DNA from: Candidatus Iainarchaeum sp.
GTDB taxonomy: Archaea > Iainarchaeota > Iainarchaeia > Iainarchaeales > CSSED10-239
Assembly (NCBI GenBank): GCA_028700115.1
Contig: JAQVTI010000007.1
Coordinates: forward strand, 7,690 to 39,689
Reading direction: 5' to 3'
Length of the DNA stretch: 32,000 bases
How positions within the stretch are numbered: position 1 is the stretch's first letter; the number at the start of each line of letters is the position of its first letter. The notes beneath the pieces are model-generated. The model was not told the DNA's origin. It worked only from the letters and a program-made list of their open reading frames with translations, and searched no databases. The translations under genes were made by a program, and so were the position numbers. Below, one piece after another: positions 10,181-20,035 of the stretch.

Positions 10181-11098
10181 TTATAATTCTAATTTTTTAA
10201 AAAAATTAATTGCATTAATTGGATTAATTTGTAAATTTGACGAAAGTACAGGATCAATTAAATATATTTTTTTTGTATATATATTAATTAACGTATTTTT
10301 TGGATGAATATCTTTAATATATGATTTTGATTTTTCATCAATTTTACTATTTTCAACCATTTTTGAAATTTTAAAAATATTATTTACTATATTATTATAT
10401 TCTTTAAAAGACAATATATTTTTATTAGTATTATATTTACTATTAAAAAAACTATTTAAACTATGTAAATTTGTATAATCCAAACAAATAAAATTTTTAT
10501 AATCTCCATGATTCATAATACCAGAAACATTTCTAGAAAAATATGCTAATTTTGGAGATATAATATCAAATCCAATAGATTCTAAAAATTTTAAACATAT
10601 AAATTCTTCAAAACTTGGGGGGGATGTATCAAATCTTGCTTGTTTAATATAAAATTTATTAATTTTATTAGATTTATCTTTAATTAAAAGAAAATAAGAA
10701 CATCCTGTATTTAATGAGTTTTCTGATTTAAATTTATCAATAGATTTTAATGATTTTGAAATTAAATAATTACCTTTTGGATCTTTTATTTTTTTTAAAG
10801 AAGGATCTTTAATTAATTTTAAAAAAGAAGAAATTATACCTTTATTTTCTGAAAGCAATTTTTTAAAAGATAAATCATATGCTAAAGATTTTGTTCTAAA
10901 TTGTCTAAAATTAAAAGGGTATGCAGTTTTAGAATATTCTTTTTTAAAAGTATTATAATTTATTTTAAAATCTTTAAATTCTTTAAAAAAATTAACTTCA
11001 AAAATTCTTCTTAAAGGCATATCTTTATAAATTTTATAAGATAATAAATCTCTTTTTTTATTTATTAATTTTTTACCTATAGGACTATTAATTGGCAT
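10181..11098 (-). CDS. Divergent kinase-fold-like protein, tandem paralog B
   Basis: KFYIKQ, SFEEFICLKFLE, ISPKLAYFS, FICLDYTNL and DIHPKNTLINIYTKKIYLIDP; strongly similar to paralog A. Confidence 0.45.
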   Translation of the reverse strand: MPINSPIGKKLINKKRDLLSYKIYKDMPLRRIFEVNFFKEFKDFKINYNTFKKEYSKTAYPFNFRQFRTKSLAYDLSFKKLLSENKGIISSFLKLIKDPSLKKIKDPKGNYLISKSLKSIDKFKSENSLNTGCSYFLLIKDKSNKINKFYIKQARFDTSPPSFEEFICLKFLESIGFDIISPKLAYFSRNVSGIMNHGDYKNFICLDYTNLHSLNSFFNSKYNTNKNILSFKEYNNIVNNIFKISKMVENSKIDEKSKSYIKDIHPKNTLINIYTKKIYLIDPVLSSNLQINPINAINFFKKLEL

Positions 11099-11236
11099 AA
11101 ATAAATTTACATAAGAATGTTTTTAAAATAATTTATTATTTTATATATTAATATAATAATCATAATTTATTTAATTAAATTATATTTATTATTTATTTTT
11201 AAAAATAAATTTTAATTTTATTAAAAAAATAAATTT

Positions 11237-12283
11237 TTAGTCAACAAATATTATTTCAGGTTTTTCTAAATCAAATAAATCTGTTGAATAAATATAAGCT
11301 CCTGCATTTATAAAAAAAATTTTATCCCCAATCTTTGGTAAATTGCCTTCCTTAAAATAAACTCTATATCTAAAAATATCCTCAGAAGCAGGAGTTAATC
11401 CTTTTATAACATAAGATTTACCTTTTTCTTCTAAATCTTCATTTTCTACTAATAATTTAATATTTGTTACAATTGTATCCATTGAACAATTATATACAGA
11501 TGCATCTATAAATAAATTATTTGAAACTATATTTTTTATAGTTGCAATTAGTTTACCACAAGGAGCAGCAATAGCTCTTCCAGGCTCAATAATTAATTTA
11601 ATATTTAAATTATTAAAATATGTTTTAATATCAATAATTTTTTTATAAATAGATTCAATTGCAGAAGGTGAAATGTTTTTATAATCAACAGGAATTCCTC
11701 CTCCAATATCTAAATAACTAATAGCTTCTAATGTTTCTGGCAGAAGAGAATCTGTTATTTCTCTAATTATTGACCATTCAGATAAATTTTGTGTTTTTCT
11801 ATGAAAATGAACTCCAAGAGAAGATATATTTAAATTATTTTTAAGTTTAAAAATATATTCATTAATCTCAGTTGAAAAAAATCCATAAACAAAATACCTA
11901 CCTGTTGAGACAGTGTATTCTTTAAGTCTCATTCTTAAAAATAAATTCACTTTTTTATTATTTTTTTTAATATATTCTAAAAAAAAATCTAAATCTTTTG
12001 AATTATCAATTATAAAATTTATAATACCTTTTTTAAAAATTAAATTTAATTCTTCATAATCAGGACAATGAAGCATAAAATAAATTTTTAGATTATTTTT
12101 TATATATTTAAATTCATTAACATGATGTATTAAAAATCTAGAAGAAGTATTTTCTTCTAAAATATTTGTAATATATGGATTAGACTTTACACTATATGAA
12201 ACAATATCTGTAATCTTTTCTAAATTTTTATAAGATTCTAAAACTTTTTCTTTTGAAATTTCAAATCTTGCTTTTGAAAACAT
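11237..12283 (-). CDS. Type III fold PLP-dependent (ornithine/arginine/carboxynorspermidine-like) decarboxylase
   Basis: YSVKSNP (PLP lysine), LGVHFHRKTQN, DIGGGIP, IIEPGRAI, and C-terminal NAGAYIY. Confidence 0.85.
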   Translation of the reverse strand: MFSKARFEISKEKVLESYKNLEKITDIVSYSVKSNPYITNILEENTSSRFLIHHVNEFKYIKNNLKIYFMLHCPDYEELNLIFKKGIINFIIDNSKDLDFFLEYIKKNNKKVNLFLRMRLKEYTVSTGRYFVYGFFSTEINEYIFKLKNNLNISSLGVHFHRKTQNLSEWSIIREITDSLLPETLEAISYLDIGGGIPVDYKNISPSAIESIYKKIIDIKTYFNNLNIKLIIEPGRAIAAPCGKLIATIKNIVSNNLFIDASVYNCSMDTIVTNIKLLVENEDLEEKGKSYVIKGLTPASEDIFRYRVYFKEGNLPKIGDKIFFINAGAYIYSTDLFDLEKPEIIFVD

Positions 12284-12287
12284 AATT

Positions 12288-13238
12288 TTATCCCTTATAA
12301 TTTTTTAAAAGACCATCTTCTTTTAAAGTTTCAATTGCAGAAATTAAAGCAAGTGGATATGTGATAGTAACATCTCCTATTACAGTCACAGCATCTGCTT
12401 CATCTTTTATTTTCCCCCAAGATTTAGCTTCATCTGTTGTTGCTCCTGATAAAGAACCAGATCTAGGAGAAGCTGTTGTCATATAAAGTGCATAATCAGC
12501 TCCACCATTAATTAAAGTTGTAAGAATAACATGCTGTTTAGAAACACCACCACCTAAAGCAATTATTCCTTTTTTTTCATCATGACTTGTTGAAAAAATA
12601 ATATTTTTAAAATCATCAATAATATCTACTTGAAAATCAGGATGATCTTGCTTAAATAAAAATAAATGAAAACCCATAGATCCATCTGTAATTGCAGGAC
12701 AAAAAATAGGAACATTATTTTTAGCTGCTTGATATAAAATTGAATTTTCATCATTTAATTTAAGCCCAATTTCTTTTAACATTTCTGAAATAGTCCAAGA
12801 TTTTTTAAGATTATATAATTCTAATAATATATCTTGTAATTTTGCTTCTAATGATGAATAATTTTTACTAGTAATATATATATTCCCAACTCTATTTTGA
12901 CCTCTTTCATAAAGTTCTTGATCATTTGAAGAAAATGATCCTAAAATAAATTTATCTCCAAAAGCTTTCATAATATCTTCTTCAATAGAACCTACAGTTG
13001 TAACAATTATATCACAAAGTCCAAGCTTAATATTTTGTGCAAAAAATCCTCTAAGTCCAGAAGTAACCATATTTGATGTAAATGACAAATATATTTTTGC
13101 ACCATTTTTTTTCATTTTAATAATTAAATCTGAAGCTTTTTTTAATTCATAAGATTGAAAACCGATAGATCCATAAGCATTAACTAAATCTTTAACATTT
13201 AGATTTTCTTTCCAAATAAAATCTTCTGTATATTGCAT
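12288..13238 (-). CDS. dhs: Deoxyhypusine synthase
   Basis: CPAITDGSMG, TTASPRSGSLSGATTDEAKSWGK (catalytic Lys region), VTVIGDVTITYPL. Confidence 0.95.
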   Translation of the reverse strand: MQYTEDFIWKENLNVKDLVNAYGSIGFQSYELKKASDLIIKMKKNGAKIYLSFTSNMVTSGLRGFFAQNIKLGLCDIIVTTVGSIEEDIMKAFGDKFILGSFSSNDQELYERGQNRVGNIYITSKNYSSLEAKLQDILLELYNLKKSWTISEMLKEIGLKLNDENSILYQAAKNNVPIFCPAITDGSMGFHLFLFKQDHPDFQVDIIDDFKNIIFSTSHDEKKGIIALGGGVSKQHVILTTLINGGADYALYMTTASPRSGSLSGATTDEAKSWGKIKDEADAVTVIGDVTITYPLALISAIETLKEDGLLKNYKG

Positions 13239-13397
13239 ATTTTATCAAATTTTTAATTTTTTAAAAAATTTATATTAATTTTATTAAAAAAACATAAATT
13301 AAAAACAATTATAAATAAGTTTTACTAATATATATTTATAGAATACATTTACTTTTAAATATATATGTAAATTGAGGTTTTTTAATTAAAATATTTT

Positions 13398-13820
13398 ATG
13401 GATACAAAAATTTGTGTAGGTGCAATAATTTATAATGACAAAAAAGAAATATTTCTAATGACTTCTATTAAATGGAAAGGTTATATTGTTCCAGGTGGAG
13501 AAATATTAAATAATGAAACAGAAATAAATGCATTAAAAAGAACTATTTTTAAAAAACTTGGAATAGAAATTGAAAATATCCAAAAAATAGGAGAAAAAAT
13601 TAAGCAACCAAGTTCTGATTTTATTAAAAATAATTCTTTAAGATTTAAGTTTATTGACTTTTTTGCAAAAGCAAAATCTAATGATATTGAGATAAATAAA
13701 GATATTAAAACATATAATTGGTTTAATATAGATTATGCTTTAAAAAATTTAGAATTATTAGATACAACTAGAGAATTTATTGAAACATTTAAATTATATC
13801 TTAGTGCAGAATTAATTTAA
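13398..13820 (+). CDS. Nudix-fold protein with degenerate Nudix box
   Basis: VPGGEILNNETEINALKRTIFKKLGIEI matches the Nudix box layout except at the catalytic acids. Confidence 0.75.
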   Translation: MDTKICVGAIIYNDKKEIFLMTSIKWKGYIVPGGEILNNETEINALKRTIFKKLGIEIENIQKIGEKIKQPSSDFIKNNSLRFKFIDFFAKAKSNDIEINKDIKTYNWFNIDYALKNLELLDTTREFIETFKLYLSAELI

Positions 13821-13843
13821 AAAAATATAATTTATAAAAAAAA

Positions 13844-14446
13844 TTAATCAAAAGTAGAAAAAGAAAGATCTAATTTTTTATTTGATAAAAAAAAATCTAA
13901 AATTTGTATTTCATCTTGTATACCATTATTATGCATGATTGCTTGAAATTTTAGAAATAAATTATTTGTTGCAAGAACATCAGACATTGCTCTATGTGCA
14001 TTTTTATTTTCTATATTAAAATAATTACATAATGAATTAAGTCTACAACTAACTATTTTAGGGAATATTTTTTTTGCAAGTTTATATGTACAAAGTGTTT
14101 TATTATCTATTTCTAAATTTAAATATTTATTTAAATTATTTTTCAAAAAAGAATAATCAAAATTTATATTATGCCCAACAATAATAGAATCTTTTAAAAA
14201 ATTATTTAAATCTGGTAAAACTTTATCAATTGTTTTTTGTCTATAAACCATTGAATCTGTAATTCCTGTAATTTCAGTAATTTGTACCGGAATTGGTATT
14301 TCTGGATTTACTAAACATTCAAATTTATCTATAATTTTATTATTTTTAACTTTAATTGCAGCAATTTCTGTAATTTTATCTTTTTGAGGAGAAAGACCTG
14401 TTGTCTCTAAATCTATTACTGTATATTTTTCTAGCATAAATACCAT
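13844..14446 (-). CDS. DEDDh 3'-5' exonuclease (DnaQ/PolC epsilon-like)
   Basis: VIDLETTGL, VGHNINFDYSFL, HRAMSDVLAT. Confidence 0.9.
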   Translation of the reverse strand: MVFMLEKYTVIDLETTGLSPQKDKITEIAAIKVKNNKIIDKFECLVNPEIPIPVQITEITGITDSMVYRQKTIDKVLPDLNNFLKDSIIVGHNINFDYSFLKNNLNKYLNLEIDNKTLCTYKLAKKIFPKIVSCRLNSLCNYFNIENKNAHRAMSDVLATNNLFLKFQAIMHNNGIQDEIQILDFFLSNKKLDLSFSTFD

Positions 14447-14584
14447 ACTTTATATAAATATTTAAAAAAAGTATAATTTTAAATAAAATATTTATTTTAA
14501 AAAATGTAGTTGAAAATATTTAAAAAGAGAATGATTTAAAATACAAATAATTTATTTTAAAAATATTTGAAAAGAAAAAAAGAA

Positions 14585-14609
14585 AAAGATACTTTTTAAA
14601 AGTATCTTT
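14585..14609 (-). terminator. Stem-loop downstream of ftsZ, candidate terminator
   Basis: AAAGATACTTTT-T-AAAAGTATCTTT perfect inverted repeat followed on the minus strand by a T-rich run. Confidence 0.45.
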
Positions 14610-14640
14610 ATTTTTAATATTATTTATGTTTAATAGAAAT

Positions 14641-15750
14641 CTATAAAATATCTAAACCATAATTATCATCATAAGATTTAGAAAATTTTTGCCCAGAATT
14701 TTTTCCAGTAAACATTTTACTTCCTTTTATAAATGGAGATTTTACCCCAGTAAATATAGCAATTACTTCAATTTTATTTTCAAAAGTAGGATCTATTCTA
14801 GCACCCCAAATAACAGCAGCATTTGCATCTATATTTTCAGTTAATAATTCTCCAACACTATTTGCTTCTCCTAAAGTTAATTCAGTTCCGCCAGTAATAT
14901 GTATTAAACACCCAGTAGCCCCATTAATATCAACATCTAAAAGAGCATTTTTTAAAGTATCTTCAACAACTTCTTCAACTTTATTTACTGATTGTGATTC
15001 TCCAACTGCAATAACAGAAAGACCTTTTCCACCCATAACTGTTCTAATATCTGCATAATCTAAATTAATTAATGAAGGCTGTGTAATTGTTTCTGTTATT
15101 CCTCTAACTGTTCTTGCAATAACTTCATCTGCTACTTTAAAAGCATCTTGCATTGGTAAATTTGGAACTAATTCAACAAGTCTGTTATTATCAATTACAA
15201 CAACTGTATCACATACATCTTTCATTACATCAATTCCTTCTTCTGCTTTAATTAATCTTGCTCTTTCAAGTGCAAAAGGATATGTTACTATTGCAATAAC
15301 AATTGCTCCTTGTGATTTTGCAATTTGTGCAACAACAGGAGCTGCTCCAGTTCCAGTTCCTCCACCCATTCCAGCTGTTATAAAAAGCATATCTACTCCA
15401 TCTAAAACTTCTTCTAAAGCTCCTTTAGAAACTTCAGCAGCTTTTGCTCCAATTTCAGGATATGCTCCTGCTCCAAGTCCATTAGTTACAGACTTTCCAA
15501 TTAATAATTTTGTAATATCATCTGAAATAATCCCTAAATGTTGTCTATCTGTGTTAATTGCAACTAATTGTGCTCCAGAAACACCCATAGAACATATTCT
15601 ATTTACAGAATTATTTCCTGCCCCACCAATTCCAATAACCATAATTTTTGGTGCTGCAAATTCAGATTCTTTAAAAGTTTGTTCTTCTGAAGAACTTCTT
15701 TTATGTTCAACAGCATTTTCAACAATAGATCTCAAAAGACCACCCCACAT
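14641..15750 (-). CDS. ftsZ: Cell division protein FtsZ
   Basis: GIGGAGNNSVNRI, NTDRQHL, TAGMGGGTGTGAAPVVA tubulin signature. Confidence 0.97.
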   Translation of the reverse strand: MWGGLLRSIVENAVEHKRSSSEEQTFKESEFAAPKIMVIGIGGAGNNSVNRICSMGVSGAQLVAINTDRQHLGIISDDITKLLIGKSVTNGLGAGAYPEIGAKAAEVSKGALEEVLDGVDMLFITAGMGGGTGTGAAPVVAQIAKSQGAIVIAIVTYPFALERARLIKAEEGIDVMKDVCDTVVVIDNNRLVELVPNLPMQDAFKVADEVIARTVRGITETITQPSLINLDYADIRTVMGGKGLSVIAVGESQSVNKVEEVVEDTLKNALLDVDINGATGCLIHITGGTELTLGEANSVGELLTENIDANAAVIWGARIDPTFENKIEVIAIFTGVKSPFIKGSKMFTGKNSGQKFSKSYDDNYGLDIL

Positions 15751-15902
15751 TTTTATAATTAATATTATTTATTTTTAAAAGGTTTAAATAAGAAAATAAC
15801 CTCAAAATACATTTTTTTTTAGAAATAAATAGATTTAAACATTTATTTCAATGTTATATATATAATACAAAGGCTTTTTAAATATATCGTATATTAAAGT
15901 AC

Positions 15903-16180
15903 TTGTACAGGCTATCTGGGGGGTTTGTAGTCCCTTATTATACCGGAAACCTACACATGCCGGAGAGAAGTTGTTTGAAGGGAAATAAGCAATAAAATAT
16001 AACTTTATAAAATTGCTGAAAGTTCGTCCATTAAGATCGAATATTTAACTAATCCTGTCAGATCCGGAAGGAAGCAGCAGTAAATTAAATATTTGATGCT
16101 TTTTGGGGTTGCGGGCTGGAGATTTTATAATAGTTTTTATTTTATTGGACTGTTTTTCGACATTCAACACGCCTGTACAA
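15903..16180 (+). ncRNA. ffs: Archaeal SRP (7S) RNA
   Basis: Helix 8 motif GTCAGATCCGGAAGGAAGCAGC (16057-16078); terminal complementary ends TTGTACAGGC (15903) and GCCTGTACAA (16171-16180); upstream TTTTTAAATATA TATA-like box. Confidence 0.9.
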
Positions 16181-16478
16181 TTAATATATTCTATTTTTAT
16201 ATTATAAAATTAATTATAATAATTCTAATCAAATAATAAAAAATATATTAATATAAGTTAACAACTCAAATAAATTTACAAAAAGTGTTATAATACCTCA
16301 TTATTTTAAAAAAAATGTTTAAATACATCTAAATTTAAAAATACCCCAAAATAAAACTATTTATGTTTTAATTTTAAATATTTTTTATAAATATAATAGA
16401 ATTTTTAAATATTATTATATATATTATAATAAAACAATACAAATATATTAACCAAAATAAAAAAAATACAAACAGGAG

Positions 16479-18410
16479 TTGTATAAAATGTTAAAACAAA
16501 AAATAAAAATAAAATTTCCAGATAATTCAATTAGAGAAATTGAATCTGGAAAAACAGCTGAAGATATAATAAAGGAAGAAATTGGAGAAAGTTTACTTCA
16601 AGTAGCAATAGCTGTACAAATAAATAATGATATTAAAGATATAACAACTCCTATAACGAATAATTGTAATTTTAAAGTATTAACTTTTAAAGATAAAGAA
16701 GGAAAAGAAATTTTTTGGCATTCATCATCACACATTTTAGCACTTGCAGTAAAAAGATTATTTCCAGAAGTTAAATTAACAATAGGTCCAGCAATTGAAA
16801 ATGGTTTTTATTATGATTTTGATATAGAAAAAGCATTCTCTGAAGAAGATTTACAAAAAATAGAATTAGAAGCAAAAAAAATAATTAAAGAAAAATTAGT
16901 TTTTAAAAGAATTGAAGTAAATCTAAATGAAGCTAAAGAAAAAGCAAAAAATGAACCTTATAAATTAGAATTAATAAATGAAATAGAAAGTAAAGATGAA
17001 AAAATTAGTTTTTATTATCTAGGAGATGAATTTATTGATCTTTGTAAAGGACCACATATTAAACATTCAGGAAAAATAAAAAGTTTTAAAATTCTTAAAA
17101 ATTCAGGTGCATATTGGAGAGGAAATTCAGAAAACAAACAACTTCAAAGAATTTATGGGATTTCTTTTTCAACAAAAGAAGAAATGCAAAAATATCTTAT
17201 AATATTAGATGAAGCTACAAAAAGAGATCATAGAAAAATTGGAAAAGAACTTGATCTATATTCATTTCATGAAGAAGCTCCTGGTATGCCTTTTTTCCAT
17301 GATAAAGGATCTTTTATTTGGGATAAATTAGTTGAATATGTTTCTGAAATAATGTTTAAAAGAAATTATGAAATAAATAAAACCCCAATTATTTTAAATA
17401 AAAATTTATGGCTTCAGTCAGGTCATTGGGATCATTATCAAAATAATATGTATTTTACAAAAATAGATAAACAAGATTTTGCAGTAAAACCAATGAATTG
17501 CCCAGGAAATATATTAATTTATAAATCACATCAATATTCTTATAAAGATTTACCTATAAGAGCAGGAGAATTTGGTTTAGTTCATAGACATGAACTTTCT
17601 GGAGCTCTTTCTGGTTTATTTAGAGTAAGAGCATTTACTCAAGATGATGCCCATGTTTTTTGTACAGAAGAACAAATAAAAGATGAAGTTAAAGATTTAA
17701 TTGACTTTATGGATGAAGTATATAAAAAATTTGGATTTGAATATTCAATGGAACTTTCAACAAAACCAGAAAAAGCAATGGGTTCTGAAAAATTATGGGA
17801 ACTTGCAGAAAAAACTTTAAAAGAAGTTTTAGATGAAACTAAAAAAGAATATAAATTAAATCCTGGAGATGGAGCTTTTTATGGACCAAAAATAGATTTC
17901 CATCTAAAAGATGCAATCGGTAGAACATGGCAATGTGGAACTATACAATTAGATTTTCAAATGCCAGAAAAATTTGATTTAACTTATGAATCTAGAAATA
18001 ATGAAAAAAAAAGACCTGTTATGCTTCATAGAGCAGTTTTAGGAAGTGTAGAAAGATTTATGGGTATTTTAGTAGAACATTTTGAAGGTAAATTTCCATT
18101 ATGGATATCTCCTCTTCAAATAGCAATCTTACCAATTGCAGATAGACATTTAGATTATTCTAAAAAAATTGCAAAACAATTAAAAGAAAAAGGCTTTAGA
18201 ATAGAAATAAATGATAAAGCAGAGACAATGAATAAAAAAATAAGAAATGCACAAATTAAAAAAATAAATTATATCCTAGTTATAGGAGATAAAGAAGAAC
18301 AAAATCAAACAGTAAATATAAGAACAAGAGATGAAAAAATAATTGGAGAAAAATCAATTAATAATTTTATAAATGAACTTATAGAAGAAATTAAAGAAAA
18401 AAAATTATAA
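16479..18410 (+). CDS. thrS: Threonyl-tRNA synthetase (TGS + N2 editing + class II core)
   Basis: HSSSH / CKGPHIKH editing motifs, MNCPGNILIYKS, RAFTQDDAH, GSVERFMGILVEHFEG. More likely start is ATG 16488 behind AGGAG. Confidence 0.96.
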   Translation: MYKMLKQKIKIKFPDNSIREIESGKTAEDIIKEEIGESLLQVAIAVQINNDIKDITTPITNNCNFKVLTFKDKEGKEIFWHSSSHILALAVKRLFPEVKLTIGPAIENGFYYDFDIEKAFSEEDLQKIELEAKKIIKEKLVFKRIEVNLNEAKEKAKNEPYKLELINEIESKDEKISFYYLGDEFIDLCKGPHIKHSGKIKSFKILKNSGAYWRGNSENKQLQRIYGISFSTKEEMQKYLIILDEATKRDHRKIGKELDLYSFHEEAPGMPFFHDKGSFIWDKLVEYVSEIMFKRNYEINKTPIILNKNLWLQSGHWDHYQNNMYFTKIDKQDFAVKPMNCPGNILIYKSHQYSYKDLPIRAGEFGLVHRHELSGALSGLFRVRAFTQDDAHVFCTEEQIKDEVKDLIDFMDEVYKKFGFEYSMELSTKPEKAMGSEKLWELAEKTLKEVLDETKKEYKLNPGDGAFYGPKIDFHLKDAIGRTWQCGTIQLDFQMPEKFDLTYESRNNEKKRPVMLHRAVLGSVERFMGILVEHFEGKFPLWISPLQIAILPIADRHLDYSKKIAKQLKEKGFRIEINDKAETMNKKIRNAQIKKINYILVIGDKEEQNQTVNIRTRDEKIIGEKSINNFINELIEEIKEKKL

Positions 18411-18469
18411 ATTTATAAGCATTTTATAAATAATATTTTTTCTTATTTTTTATTTTATTATTTATTTTT

Positions 18470-19774
18470 TTATTTATTTTTTATTATTTTAATATGTCTA
18501 AAAATATGTTTTTCTCTTAAAAAATATATTAAAATACCAATAAACATTATAGAAAGTGTAATAAATCCAATTACTATATTAAATTCAAGTAAAAATATAA
18601 ATGTAAAAATACAACCTAAAGTTGCAAGTATTGGTAAATGTCCAATATTTAATGGGACTCTGAAATAATTTTTTATTTTTAATTTATTTTTATCTTTAAA
18701 TCTAATTATAATCAATGATAAATTTACTAAAAAAAATATTAATAAAGAACCAAAATCAGTAATTTCAGTTATAAATTTCAATTGAGATAAAATCACAAAA
18801 AATAAAACAAATAAAATTACAACAATTAAAGAAATATAAGGAGTATTATTTTTAGAAACTTTAGTAAATATTTCAGGTAAAGCTTTTTTTTCACTCATCC
18901 CAAAAATCATTCTAGATGATGAAAATATCATAATTAAAACAGTACTCCCAGTTGCAGCAAGTGCAATTATACTTAAAATAATTCCTCCTAAATTACCTAA
19001 AGTAATATTTGCAACTTGTGTAATTGCAGAATTTGTCATTTGTGAAAAAGGTATTACATTAACAGCAACTAAACAAACTAAAGCATATAAAACAGAAGCA
19101 ATTACTAAAGAAATAATTATTGCTTTTGGAATATTTTTTTTAGGATTTTTAGATTCTTCAGAAAGACTAGAAACATCTTCAAATCCTAAAAATGCAAAAA
19201 ATATTAATGCAGCTGCAGAAATAATTCCATTAAATCCAAATGTAAATTCAAATACATTTACAGTACCTATACTTCCAATTCCTGAAAAAATAATAGCTAA
19301 AAGACCTAAAATTGTTAAAATTACAAAAACGGTTGCAAATTTCATTGTTCCTTTTACACTATATAAATTTATTAAAAAAGATAAAATTAAAATAATTAAA
19401 GCACCAACCAAAATAGGTAAATTAAAAAGTATTAAAAAATATTCCCCAAAACCTAAAGCAATTACAGAAATTGCAGAAATCATTACAAATACTTTTAAAA
19501 AACCTAATCCAAATGAAAACCATTTTTTATTAAATGCATTTTCAGAATAAGTATATTCCGCAGAATCTGTGGGATATCTTGAAGAAAGCTCAGCATATGA
19601 AAGACCAGTAAAACTTGCAACAATAGCAGCAATAATAAATGAAAGCCAAGTAGCATTTCCTGCAACTTGTGTTGCAAGACCAACTAAAACAAATATTCCA
19701 GCACCAATTATTACACTTAAAGTGTATATTATAGTTTCAAATAAAGTTATATTTTTTTTTAAATTTTTTTCCAT
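18470..19774 (-). CDS. APC-family amino acid permease
   Basis: Multi-TM protein, SVIIGAGIFVLVG N-terminus, FFAFLGFEDVSSLSEE. Confidence 0.9.
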   Translation of the reverse strand: MEKNLKKNITLFETIIYTLSVIIGAGIFVLVGLATQVAGNATWLSFIIAAIVASFTGLSYAELSSRYPTDSAEYTYSENAFNKKWFSFGLGFLKVFVMISAISVIALGFGEYFLILFNLPILVGALIILILSFLINLYSVKGTMKFATVFVILTILGLLAIIFSGIGSIGTVNVFEFTFGFNGIISAAALIFFAFLGFEDVSSLSEESKNPKKNIPKAIIISLVIASVLYALVCLVAVNVIPFSQMTNSAITQVANITLGNLGGIILSIIALAATGSTVLIMIFSSSRMIFGMSEKKALPEIFTKVSKNNTPYISLIVVILFVLFFVILSQLKFITEITDFGSLLIFFLVNLSLIIIRFKDKNKLKIKNYFRVPLNIGHLPILATLGCIFTFIFLLEFNIVIGFITLSIMFIGILIYFLREKHIFRHIKIIKNK

Positions 19775-19875
19775 AAATATTCATTTTTTATAATTTTATA
19801 ATTAATTATATTATCTTTACAAAATAGTTATAGAAAAAACATATAAAGATATCTTAAATATAAAATAGAATAAAA

Positions 19876-19957
19876 TGCAGGGCACAGGATTCGAACCTAT
19901 GAAGCACTAAGCAATGGATTTTGAGTCCATCCCCTTTGACCACTCGGGAAGCCCTGC
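19876..19957 (-). tRNA. tRNA-Leu (anticodon CAA)
   Basis: GCAGGGC/GCCCTGC acceptor, anticodon loop CTCAAAA, class II variable arm, AGGTTCGAATCCT. Confidence 0.93.
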
Positions 19958-20035
19958 TTATAAAAATATTATATATTAAAAGATTTAAAAATAGATTTAT
20001 TTAAAAAGAAAAAAAGAAGATAATCTTCTTTTATT

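Noticed and set aside
15551-15778. ORF 15551..15778 (+)
   Set aside because: Antisense to ftsZ; mirrored coding artefact.
19569-19793. ORF 19569..19793 (+)
   Set aside because: Antisense to the APC permease N-terminus.
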